Positions 25,754-33,934 of a stretch of 64,000 nt of DNA are shown here, piece by piece; position 1 is the stretch's first letter, and each line of letters starts with the position of its first letter. The notes beneath the pieces were generated by a model. That model worked only from the letters and a program-made list of their open reading frames with translations, searched no databases and was not told the origin of the DNA. The translations under genes and the position numbers were made by a program. Origin of the DNA: Treponemataceae bacterium (GTDB lineage: Bacteria > Spirochaetota > Spirochaetia > Treponematales > Treponemataceae); contig JAZLJW010000047.1 of assembly GCA_045597345.1 (NCBI GenBank), forward strand, positions 26,437 through 90,436, given 5' to 3'.

Positions 25754-26449
25754 ATGAACGTAGTAGAAGCTTTTGTAAAATCAATCGGTGTAGGTCCGGT
25801 TCTTTCCCGGGAAGAAGAAGCAAAACTGATTTTGGCTGCCCAGAATGGCAGTGAAAAAGCAAAGAGACAGTTATTGCAGTCAAACATCCGGTTTATTGTC
25901 CAGACTGCCTGCAAAGGCAAATTCGCTTCCAGCTTTCTGGATGTTGAAGACAAACTGGTATGCGGCACCATGGGCTTTATGCATGCCGTAGAAAAATTCA
26001 ATGTAAACTCCGGCAACAAGCTGATTACCTATGCAAAGCACTGGATTGAAGAAGAAATCCGCAGCAACCTGATGAATTACGAACGTGCTATCCGTATTCC
26101 CCAGAACCAGCTGAAAAACCATACAGAAGGTCTTCCGGTATGCGACTATTCCCTGGATGCTCCCTGCGGCGAAGACAGCACTTCCTTCGGCGATTTATAC
26201 GAAGATGATATCTATGATTCTCCGGAAACTGCCTGGGAGAAAAAAGAACTGCGTTCAGAACTGGAATATTTCCTTGATACCCTTACCTCAGAAGAGTCGT
26301 ATATCATTCGGGCTTATTCCGGCTATGGCTTAGATAAGCCCCTGTCACTGCGCCAGATTGCTGAAAAGGTGAATGTAAGCCACAGCACAGTCCGCAATAT
26401 CCTGAAAAAAATCCGGGAACAGGCTGTGGAATACGGCCTTGCCGCCTGA
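25754..26449 (+). CDS. divergent sigma-70-family RNA polymerase sigma factor (231 aa, short or absent region 3)
   Basis: 'LSREEEAKLI', 'LLQSNIRFIVQTA', 'GTMGFMHAVEKFNVNSGNKLITYAKHWIEEEIRSNL' (region 2) and 'LSLRQIAEKVNVSHSTVRNILKKIRE' (region 4.2). Confidence 0.8.
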   Translation: MNVVEAFVKSIGVGPVLSREEEAKLILAAQNGSEKAKRQLLQSNIRFIVQTACKGKFASSFLDVEDKLVCGTMGFMHAVEKFNVNSGNKLITYAKHWIEEEIRSNLMNYERAIRIPQNQLKNHTEGLPVCDYSLDAPCGEDSTSFGDLYEDDIYDSPETAWEKKELRSELEYFLDTLTSEESYIIRAYSGYGLDKPLSLRQIAEKVNVSHSTVRNILKKIREQAVEYGLAA

Positions 26450-26454
26450 TCTGG

Positions 26455-26582
26455 CATGCTGAACTTGACTATGAATGATGATAACCAGTCATGCTGAGCT
26501 TGATAATGAATGTTGATAACCTGTCATGCTGAGCTTGACTATGAATGATGATAACCTGTCATGCTGAGCTTGTCTCAGCATC
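26455..26582. repeat. three 35-bp tandem repeats plus a terminal hairpin copy (family-A variant)
   Basis: CATGCTGARCTTGAYWATGAATGWTGATAACCWGT units start at 26455, 26490 and 26525. A fourth, partial unit forms ATGCTGAG-cttgt-CTCAGCAT (26561-26581). Confidence 0.85.
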
Positions 26583-26671
26583 TCGCCTGCAATTTTTACG
26601 AACGGAATAATTCAACCTATAGTAGTGTTTGTAAAAACGAATGCAAAGAATAACGTCATAAAGGGGAATAC

Positions 26672-28129
26672 ATGGGACGTTTAACTAACCTGGTGTATAC
26701 CGGAATTGAAGTTTGCCGTGAATCAAAGGTGCCGGTACTGTTTGTATCAAATCCTGGCTACGGCAAAACCACGCTGGTCAAAAAATGGGCCGAAACCAAC
26801 AATTATCACGTAGAAACAATCATCGGGTCTTCGTTTGCAAAAGAAGAAGTACAGGGATATCAGGTTAATACCGGCAAAAAACATCTGGAATTTCTTGAGC
26901 CTTACTGGTATACCCGCATCATGAATGAACACAAAGTCGGCCGTCCTACCATTCTTTTCATCGATGAACTTTCTACAGCCCCCTCAGAAGTTCAGGGATC
27001 CCTTTTCCGCCTGATTTTTGACCGCTGCATCGGTAATGGAGACCTTCTGCCGGAAGACACTCTGATTATTTCTGCCGCCAACTATAAGGAAAACCTGCCT
27101 GATTATTTTGAAATTACCGCCCCGGCCCTGAACAGATTCTGCGTCATTAATCTGCTTCCCCGTTCTCCCCAGGAAGTGGTTCAGGAATTTCTTTCACCCA
27201 TTGATGATGTTCCTGAATATACCCGTATGGAACAGTCTGAAGAAGAGCGGTCTCAGATCAGACAGAAACTGCAGCAGGAACTGTGCAGTCTGATTGTTAC
27301 GTATCCTGAAGAATCTTTTGACAGCAGGAATAAGTCATTTCACGACGTGTACAGTGACAGCCCGGACAATCAGAAACGTGTTCTGAATTTCATGTCTGGC
27401 AGAACCATCAGTTATCTTGCCGAAGTTATCATAGCCATACGAACCCTGTCATTGAAGATCGGAAATCCCTATATCGATGAAGCCCTGGACGGACTTGTCG
27501 GTCTTGGTACCAATAATTTTGCCTCAGAAAAGGAGCATGCTGCCTATCTGCAGTCGCTGCACAAGATCATGAAAGGAGTCATTTTCAATCTGGCAAAACG
27601 GGAATTCACCGCTGATGAGCTTATGGATAAATCTGTTTCAGAAATCATTACAGAAATGCATCAGCTGGCTGACAGTCTGGAACTTACAGAAAAAAGCGCA
27701 ACCTTATTCTGTCAGGTCATGAGTACTAAATTAAATGACTATGCACGCAATATTTCACGGATGGTTTCAACAAACCGGGATTTCCTCTGGTCAGAAGCAA
27801 AAGCTGCACAAATGCTGACTCAGATTGCAAATAAGGTTCACCTGCGGGATACCGTTTCTTTAACAGCGGTAAAGACCATAGCGGATGTACTTTTATCACT
27901 GCTGGGAGAGAAAAAGGGTAAGAATGTTGATTTCAGTCTTGTCCGTATTATTGACGAGCGGGGTAGTATTTGCGAAACAGTTCTGCAGCGCCAGAATCGT
28001 GTGTTTACCACCTGTGCCCTGACTTCCGGCATCATACCGGTTAATCACTATGACCTGTTTGAACGTGTGGTATCTGTCTACGACGGACGCTGCTGGATGC
28101 CACTGCAGAAATACTTAATGGCGGTGTAA
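26672..28129 (+). CDS. MoxR/AAA_5-like ATPase with a ~300-aa C-terminal extension
   Basis: 'VSNPGYGKTTL' P-loop, 'ILFIDELSTAP' Walker B, 'ISAANY..ALNRF' and 'SGRTISYL' lid/sensor-2-like. SD AAGGGG. Confidence 0.75.
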   Translation: MGRLTNLVYTGIEVCRESKVPVLFVSNPGYGKTTLVKKWAETNNYHVETIIGSSFAKEEVQGYQVNTGKKHLEFLEPYWYTRIMNEHKVGRPTILFIDELSTAPSEVQGSLFRLIFDRCIGNGDLLPEDTLIISAANYKENLPDYFEITAPALNRFCVINLLPRSPQEVVQEFLSPIDDVPEYTRMEQSEEERSQIRQKLQQELCSLIVTYPEESFDSRNKSFHDVYSDSPDNQKRVLNFMSGRTISYLAEVIIAIRTLSLKIGNPYIDEALDGLVGLGTNNFASEKEHAAYLQSLHKIMKGVIFNLAKREFTADELMDKSVSEIITEMHQLADSLELTEKSATLFCQVMSTKLNDYARNISRMVSTNRDFLWSEAKAAQMLTQIANKVHLRDTVSLTAVKTIADVLLSLLGEKKGKNVDFSLVRIIDERGSICETVLQRQNRVFTTCALTSGIIPVNHYDLFERVVSVYDGRCWMPLQKYLMAV

Positions 28130-29461
28130 ATGTTTGCGCAGTTTAATTCCGTACTCCAGAAACTGCAGTACCTGCCGGTGGATGTGCAGTGGATTCCAAA
28201 ACAGGCAGGGACAGTAACGGCCAGAAGTTTTTATGATTCGAAAACCCGCTGTTATGTCATTCAGACTCCGCAAGTTGAAGGTCTTTTTATGCATGAAGCA
28301 GGCCATATTCTGTTTCAGCATAACCGGTATTCAGAACTGGCTCATCAGGCTGCAGATTTGGTCTTTGAAAACCAGCTTGCCAGATATTTTCCCGACCTGA
28401 AAAAAGACAGTCCCAGACGCAATGAAATGGTGCATTATGTTTTGAACATGGCAATGGACTGTGAAGTTAATTCAAAGCTCTTTTCCCCTTATGAACAGGA
28501 GTTGCTGGCAGATACAATCAAAAAAACGTTCCGTGTTCCATCAGGGGGAATTTTCCCCAAAGATTTGGGAATGGAAGACGGTCAGTCCTATCTGTTTTAC
28601 CTGCAGAAAATGACGGTAAAAAAGGAGTTGGGGAAAGAAATTGTTAAACAGGCGAATGGGTATACGTGGGTTAAGGAGTTAACCGAAGGTCAGATTGCAT
28701 CAAAACTGCGCACACTGGCCCGGAATCTTGAAAAAGACAACACTATGCCTGATGGCAGTCAGATTACCATTTACCGGCAGCAGACTCCTGAAGACTATGA
28801 TTCCGGTTCAATGGGTATAAAACCAGGACCTCTGCCAGCAGGCGCAAAAAACACGGCTCCCGGTTCCGGTTCGGGCAGTGGAAAACGGATTACGGTGCAG
28901 GGTAAGCATTATGATTCTCTGGAAGAGGCAGTGCATCAGGTGATGCCGAAGAAGGTAAAGGGCAGTCGCAGTGACCCGGTGTACAACTACAACAGAAGGA
29001 AACAGGGAAATACCGGGGTTCTTATCAGTAAATATGTAGAAAGAGAGCGGTATTTGAATCCGGCCGTGTATATTCTGGTGGACTGTTCCGGTTCCATGGA
29101 CCGGAGTACTCTTGATGATGTGGTTACAACGCTTAAAAATACACGGTTTCACAAGCGGTCAAAGATAGTGTTCTGGGATACCGGGTTACTGTCTGAGGTT
29201 TCGTATGAAGACCGGAATAAGATACATGATTTTCCTTCTGGCGGGGGAACCAATATGGCATTGGGAATCAGGTATATCGGGAAGACGTTTAAGGACGATG
29301 ATAACCTGATTGTTATCAGCGATTTCTTCGACAATCTTGATGCCATAGAAAAAGCGCTGGTGGATACGGGAATTAAATCACGACATTTGATGGTTGCAAG
29401 CAGGGGGTACAACCAGGGTATTGAGAGGATTCGCGGTTTTAATCTTTTTGCTCTGAAATAA
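28130..29461 (+). CDS. HExxH metallopeptidase-like N-domain plus vWA C-domain protein (DUF2201_N/DUF2201, COG3864-like)
   Basis: 'MHEAGHILFQH'. MIDAS 'LVDCSGSM', 'GGGTNMALG' and 'VISDFFD'. The ATG directly abuts the MoxR stop (TAAATG). Confidence 0.75.
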   Translation: MFAQFNSVLQKLQYLPVDVQWIPKQAGTVTARSFYDSKTRCYVIQTPQVEGLFMHEAGHILFQHNRYSELAHQAADLVFENQLARYFPDLKKDSPRRNEMVHYVLNMAMDCEVNSKLFSPYEQELLADTIKKTFRVPSGGIFPKDLGMEDGQSYLFYLQKMTVKKELGKEIVKQANGYTWVKELTEGQIASKLRTLARNLEKDNTMPDGSQITIYRQQTPEDYDSGSMGIKPGPLPAGAKNTAPGSGSGSGKRITVQGKHYDSLEEAVHQVMPKKVKGSRSDPVYNYNRRKQGNTGVLISKYVERERYLNPAVYILVDCSGSMDRSTLDDVVTTLKNTRFHKRSKIVFWDTGLLSEVSYEDRNKIHDFPSGGGTNMALGIRYIGKTFKDDDNLIVISDFFDNLDAIEKALVDTGIKSRHLMVASRGYNQGIERIRGFNLFALK

Positions 29462-29530
29462 CAGATTATTATTTTACGATTGGCATTTTCGAATCTAGAT
29501 TAATGGTGTCAGAGATAAGGAGATGTGCAG

Positions 29531-29707
29531 ATGAAAACCGTAAATACCGAAAGAAACACCAGCAAAAAAGCAGTTCAGTCAGGATCTTTTGAAGCCGTAT
29601 ATTTTCTGGCAGATAAAATGGCGCAGCAGGCTGCCAGCAAATACCGCACATCAAACCCAAGACGTTTTGTCCGCAATACTCCCGGCATTTTCCGCAGATA
29701 TGCATGA
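29531..29707 (+). CDS. small basic hypothetical protein (58 aa)
   Basis: SD TAAGGAGA lies 8 nt upstream of the ATG at 29531. No recognisable motif. Confidence 0.35.
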   Translation: MKTVNTERNTSKKAVQSGSFEAVYFLADKMAQQAASKYRTSNPRRFVRNTPGIFRRYA

Positions 29708-29714
29708 GGTTTTA

Positions 29715-29885
29715 ATGAAATCAAAAAAAGAGCCAGAAAAAGAGTGGACTCTGATAAAACCAAGGAATGATTTTTTGAGTTACGAAGGTCTCTGGAAAAA
29801 CTGTATTTTACGCTCAGAACATACACAATGTTTGGAACCCGCAGTCCGTTTGGTGGCGAAGGTGATTACAACTGGGAATTCATAA
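29715..29885 (+). CDS. small hypothetical ORF overlapping the next ORF (possible frameshifted N-terminus of 29828..30250)
   Basis: ATG at 29715 with GAGG 6 nt upstream. It overlaps 29828..30250 by 58 nt in another frame. Confidence 0.25.
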   Translation: MKSKKEPEKEWTLIKPRNDFLSYEGLWKNCILRSEHTQCLEPAVRLVAKVITTGNS

Positions 29886-30250
29886 ATCTTGAAAAAGTTG
29901 CTGCAGGAGAAATGGAGTATGTCTGCTGGCAGCCAGAAGACCTTCCCTATAACAAAGGTCAGAACGTATACAATGTGGAAGACGCAAAGCAGCTATGGAC
30001 ATTGCAGGTAATCTCTACTATTTGTAGCATGCTTGCTCAAATCAGTATGATAAAGGAATTTGAATCAGAGTTCAGTACATATCCCTTATGGCTGAGATCA
30101 CGCTGTGAATTTGCCTGCTACCGGTTCATGCCCTTGTTCAACGAATATCTTAGGAAGGACCCGGATTGCGGGTACCTGGCAGACCGTACTTTTCTTCCAG
30201 TCGAAAATCTGATTCCCAGCCGCCTTCCCGACAAAAAACAGGCTCACTGA
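29828..30250 (+). CDS. hypothetical protein (140 aa)
   Basis: ORF with protein-like composition. No motif recognised. Confidence 0.45.
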   Translation: MFGTRSPFGGEGDYNWEFINLEKVAAGEMEYVCWQPEDLPYNKGQNVYNVEDAKQLWTLQVISTICSMLAQISMIKEFESEFSTYPLWLRSRCEFACYRFMPLFNEYLRKDPDCGYLADRTFLPVENLIPSRLPDKKQAH

Positions 30251-30289
30251 TTCCTGAATAGGATTACCGAGCCTGTCGAAGTGTCCGCT

Positions 30290-30427
30290 GAATATGGCGC
30301 CATGGACGCCAAAAAAATTGGCGCCACGGATGGCGCCATAAACGTCGGGTTTGTTGGCATGGAAGCCAAAAAAATTCGCGCCACGGATGGCGCCATAACT
30401 GTTGAGTTTTGCGCTAGCAAAACTCAG
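30290..30427. repeat. Family-C repeats, two tandem ~58-bp copies plus GAGTTTTGC-gcta-GCAAAACTC hairpin
   Basis: GGCGCCATGGACGCCAAAAAAATTGGCGCCACGGATGGCGCCATAAACGTCGGGTTT, then GGCATGGAAGCCAAAAAAATTCGCGCCACGGATGGCGCCATAACTGTTGAGTTTTGC. Confidence 0.8.
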
Positions 30428-30430
30428 TAA

Positions 30431-30458
30431 GTTGGTCTGACAGGGATGTCAGACCAAC
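30431..30458 (-). terminator. 12-bp stem hairpin immediately downstream of the UPF0210 gene
   Basis: GTTGGTCTGACA-ggga-TGTCAGACCAAC. There is no clean T-run, so function as a terminator is uncertain. Confidence 0.4.
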
Positions 30459-30459
30459 G

Positions 30460-31821
30460 TCAGTTTCTGAAACTGTGGATAGGAGCCGGAATGCGGCCGC
30501 CACGGTTAATAAAGTCGGCACAACCGAACTTGCTTACCTTCATACAGGGCATACCGCCCAGAAGACCACCGAATTCAACCCATTCGCCTTCTTTTTTGCC
30601 GGGGGCCGGAATGATGCGCACAGCCGTTGTTTTGCTGTTTACCATACCGATGGCAAATTCATCAGCCATAATGCCGGAAATAGTGGTTGCCGGAGTATCA
30701 CCGGGAATAGCGATCATATCAAGACCAACAGAACATACGGTGGTCATGGCTTCAAGTTTTTCAAGGCAGATGGAACCTTGCTGAACGGCGTTGATCATAC
30801 CTTCGTCTTCTGAAACCGGAATGAATGCACCGCTTAAACCACCAACAGAAGTGCTGGCCATTACGCCGCCTTTCTTAACCATATCGGTCAGCATGGCAAG
30901 GGCAGCAGTGGTACCGGGGGCTCCACAGCCTTCAATACCCATTTCTTCAATGATGCGGGCAACAGAGTCGCCAACTTCAGGCGTTGGGGCCAGAGAAAGG
31001 TCCAGAATACCAAAGTCAACGCCCAGACGTTTTGCAGCTTCACTACCAACCAGCTGGCCCAGACGGGTAATCTTGAATGCCATCTTTTTAATACCTTCAC
31101 CCAGTTCGTTAATAGGGCGGCCTTTGTATTCACGGGCAGCGGCCAGAATAACACCAGGACCTGAAACACCAACGTTAATAACGCTGTCAGCTTCTCCCGG
31201 TCCGTGGAAGGCGCCGGCCATAAAGGGGTTATCTTCCGGGGCGTTACAGAATACTACCAGCTTGGCACAACCGTTACATTCGCAGTCTTTGCTGGCTTCT
31301 GCAGTCTTCTTGATGACATCACCCATAATCTTAACAGCATCCATGTTGATACCGGCTTTGGTAGATCCTACGTTTACGCTGGAACATACGTAGCTGGTAG
31401 AAGCCAGAGCTTCTGGAATTGATTCCATCAGGATGCGGTCGGCTGGTGTTATGCCTTTTGGAACCAGAGCAGAAAAACCGCCGATAAAGTTAACGCCCAG
31501 CTCTTTGGCACAACGGTCAAGGGTGCGGCAGTAGTCAACATAGCTTTTTGCATTGCTGGCACCGGCTACCAGAGCGATAGGGGTAACAGAAATGCGTTTA
31601 TTGATAATCGGCACACCAAATTCTTTTTCAATATCCTGTCCGGTTTTAACCAGATTGCCGGCTTTGCGCATGATTTTGTCATAAATCTTGTCGCAGGCTT
31701 TTTTCGGGTCGCTTTCGGCACAGTCCAAAAGGGAAATACCCATGGTAATACAGCGCACATCAAGCTTGTGGCGCATGAACATGTCTACAGTTTCCTGTAT
31801 TTCTTCACCGGTATATAACAT
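30460..31821 (-). CDS. UPF0210 / DUF711 (PFL-family) protein
   Basis: '[21 protein letters not shown]' and the overall 453-aa Gly-rich pattern are typical of UPF0210. It is paired with the ACT gene as usual for this family. Confidence 0.75.
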   Translation of the reverse strand: MLYTGEEIQETVDMFMRHKLDVRCITMGISLLDCAESDPKKACDKIYDKIMRKAGNLVKTGQDIEKEFGVPIINKRISVTPIALVAGASNAKSYVDYCRTLDRCAKELGVNFIGGFSALVPKGITPADRILMESIPEALASTSYVCSSVNVGSTKAGINMDAVKIMGDVIKKTAEASKDCECNGCAKLVVFCNAPEDNPFMAGAFHGPGEADSVINVGVSGPGVILAAAREYKGRPINELGEGIKKMAFKITRLGQLVGSEAAKRLGVDFGILDLSLAPTPEVGDSVARIIEEMGIEGCGAPGTTAALAMLTDMVKKGGVMASTSVGGLSGAFIPVSEDEGMINAVQQGSICLEKLEAMTTVCSVGLDMIAIPGDTPATTISGIMADEFAIGMVNSKTTAVRIIPAPGKKEGEWVEFGGLLGGMPCMKVSKFGCADFINRGGRIPAPIHSFRN

Positions 31822-31852
31822 GTGGAATCCTTAAATGTGATTTGTGGTGCGG

Positions 31853-32125
31853 TTATACGCGCTGCATGCTGTTGAATACACGCTCGTGCATAACGTTGAT
31901 TTCTACGCCCATTCTGGCACCCAGTGCCTCAAGGTCGGCTCTCATGTCGGCAATGGTTTTTTCTGAAGCTGACAGGTCTACCATCATCATCATAACGAAG
32001 TTACCACTGAGAATAGTCTGGGTAATATCTGCAATGTTAATCTTCTTTTCTGAAAGATACGCACTAACGGCGGCAATAATGCCCACCTGGTCTGAACCTA
32101 CTACGGTAATGATTGCATTATTCAT
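31853..32125 (-). CDS. ACT-domain protein (UPF0237 family)
   Basis: 'MNNAIITVVGSDQVGIIAAVSAYLSEKKINIADI'. 90 aa from the ATG at 32125. The 227-aa track ORF is an upstream read-through extension. Confidence 0.75.
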   Translation of the reverse strand: MNNAIITVVGSDQVGIIAAVSAYLSEKKINIADITQTILSGNFVMMMMVDLSASEKTIADMRADLEALGARMGVEINVMHERVFNSMQRV

Positions 32126-32344
32126 AATACAGACAGTGTAGCGGATACCAGTGAAAATGTGTATACCGATATCCGCTGCCGGTGTGAAAAACTTTAAGTT
32201 TATTAAACTTTCTGCAGTATTATTGAAATTTGACAGAAGGTATGGTACACTGACCGCATCTTGTAATGACGCAGGGTGCTGGTAGTTTTCCGGTATCCCG
32301 CATACCGGCCGGGCTGCCTCGCATCCACAAAAAAAGAGGTAGTT

Positions 32345-33826
32345 ATGATAGAAACAATCACCAATGTAAACAACACAATCAACGGCATTGTATGGGGTAC
32401 CTTCGGTATCGCACTGCTGTTTATTGCCGGCGTTGTCATGACCGTTGTAAACAAGGGGTTCCAGTTTTCTCACTTTGTCCACTGGAACAAAAAGACCCTT
32501 GGGGCCATTTTCAAAGATAAACACGTAACAACTCATACTGGCAAAGAAGATAAATCAATTTCACAGTTTCAGAGCCTTTGTACGGCCCTTGCTGCAACCA
32601 TTGGTACCGGTAATATCGTAGGTGTTGCTACCGCCATCATCAAAGGTGGTCCGGGTGCTATTTTCTGGATGTGGGTTATGGCACTGTTCGGCATGATGAC
32701 CAATTACTCAGAAAACGTTCTGGGTATTTTCTACCGCCGCAAGAATGACCGCGGTGAATGGAACGGTGGTGCCATGTACTACCTTTCTGACGGTCTTGGC
32801 GCTTTTAAAGGATTCAAACACGTAGGAAAAATCCTTGCAGTCCTTTTTGCCGTTTTCTGCCTTCTGGCAAGTTTCGGTATTGGTAACATGAGTCAGGTAA
32901 ACTCTATCTCCGGAAACATGGAAAGTGCCTTTAATATTCCGCCATTCGTTACCGGTATTGCTCTGGTTATCCTTTCAAGCCTGGTAATTGTGGGTGGCCT
33001 TAAGCGTATTGCAAAAGTTACCGAAAAACTGGTTCCCTTCATGGCACTTGCTTATATCGTATTTGCCCTGATTGTTGTTTTTGCCCATATCGGAACCATC
33101 GGCCCCGTATTTGCTTCTATCTTTAAGGGTGCTTTCGGTGCCAAAGCTGTTGGCGGCGGTGTGCTGGGTTACGGCATTAAAATGGCCATTACCTGGGGGT
33201 TCAAACGCGGTGCTTTCAGTAACGAAGCCGGTCTTGGTTCTTCTGTAATGGTTCACTCAAGCAGTAACGTTAAGGAACCGGTTCGTCAGGGTATGTGGGG
33301 TATCTTTGAAGTATTTGCAGATACCATCGTTGTATGTACTCTTACAGCCCTTGTTATCCTTTCAAGTGGTCTGGTAGACCTGAACACCGGTATGATGATC
33401 AGCGGTAACGCCGGTGCCGGCCTTGTTGGAGAGGCTTTTGCTACCGTATTCGGAAAATTCGGACCTGCATTCATTGCCCTTGCCATTCTTCCTTTTGCCT
33501 ATTCAACCGTTCTTGGCTGGAGCCACTATGGTTCGCAGGCCTTTGAATACCTGTTTGGCCGTAACTCCGTAGTATTCTACAAATGTTTCTTTGTCGTAGT
33601 AATTTACTTTGGCTGCACCATGAGCCTTGATCTGGCCTGGGATCTTTCTGATACCTTCAACGGTCTTATGATGATTCCTAACCTGATTGGTGTTCTGGCA
33701 TTAAGCGGTGTTGTTGCAAAGGTTACCAAAAACTACGTAGACCGTGAACTTCGTGGCCTTGATGTAAAACCCATGTACTCAGCATTCCCTGAAGTACAGG
33801 CTGCAGAAGAAGAGCGCGAAGACTGA
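32345..33826 (+). CDS. alanine/glycine:cation symporter (AGCS) family transporter
   Basis: 'SQFQSLCTALAATIGTGNIVGVATAI..GGPGAIFWMW'. Start at 'MIETI' with SD AAGAGG. Confidence 0.8.
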   Translation: MIETITNVNNTINGIVWGTFGIALLFIAGVVMTVVNKGFQFSHFVHWNKKTLGAIFKDKHVTTHTGKEDKSISQFQSLCTALAATIGTGNIVGVATAIIKGGPGAIFWMWVMALFGMMTNYSENVLGIFYRRKNDRGEWNGGAMYYLSDGLGAFKGFKHVGKILAVLFAVFCLLASFGIGNMSQVNSISGNMESAFNIPPFVTGIALVILSSLVIVGGLKRIAKVTEKLVPFMALAYIVFALIVVFAHIGTIGPVFASIFKGAFGAKAVGGGVLGYGIKMAITWGFKRGAFSNEAGLGSSVMVHSSSNVKEPVRQGMWGIFEVFADTIVVCTLTALVILSSGLVDLNTGMMISGNAGAGLVGEAFATVFGKFGPAFIALAILPFAYSTVLGWSHYGSQAFEYLFGRNSVVFYKCFFVVVIYFGCTMSLDLAWDLSDTFNGLMMIPNLIGVLALSGVVAKVTKNYVDRELRGLDVKPMYSAFPEVQAAEEERED

Positions 33827-33893
33827 CCAACCCGAAATAATTACAATTCCCTTAAAACTCCTTTTATGATAATAATCAGTTAATTTTTATCAT

Positions 33894-33915
33894 GTGCTGC
33901 CGCTGCCGCGGTGGC
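33894..33915 (+). promoter_or_regulatory. 5'-UTR stem-loop GTGCTGCCGC-tgcc-GCGGTGGC next to the SD
   Basis: Identical stem to 11837-11858. It lies 5 nt upstream of AAGGAG. Confidence 0.55.
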
Positions 33916-33934
33916 TTTTAAGGAGTTTTTATTT

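Noticed and set aside
26455-26582. Possible CRISPR array, given regular 35-bp repeats
   Set aside because: The units are directly contiguous with no unique spacers, there are only about 3.6 copies, no cas genes are present, and the units belong to the dispersed family-A repeat.
29469-29826. Minus-strand ORFs of 78 and 83 aa downstream of the vWA gene
   Set aside because: They have no SD and are Cys/Leu-rich with odd composition. They overlap plus-strand small ORFs that do have SDs.
22134-30250. A prophage or integrative element as the explanation for the sigma/MoxR block
   Set aside because: No integrase, recombinase, structural, replication or conjugation genes are present, and there is no flanking tRNA or att-like direct repeats. 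It cannot be excluded without comparative genomics, so mobility is left open in the finding.
32126-32344. Glycine riboswitch upstream of the alanine/glycine:cation symporter
   Set aside because: This is a common arrangement elsewhere. But I could not find the conserved glycine-riboswitch cores (CTCTGGAGAG / CACCGAAGGGGC-type) in the ~220-nt leader. Only generic hairpins are present (AGCGGATA..TATCCGCT, CCGGTAT..ATACCGG).
31853-32536. 227-aa version of the ACT-domain ORF and the 516-aa version of the symporter ORF (32276..)
   Set aside because: The two extensions overlap each other on opposite strands across the divergent promoter region. Internal ATGs with SDs (32125 and 32345) give family-typical lengths.
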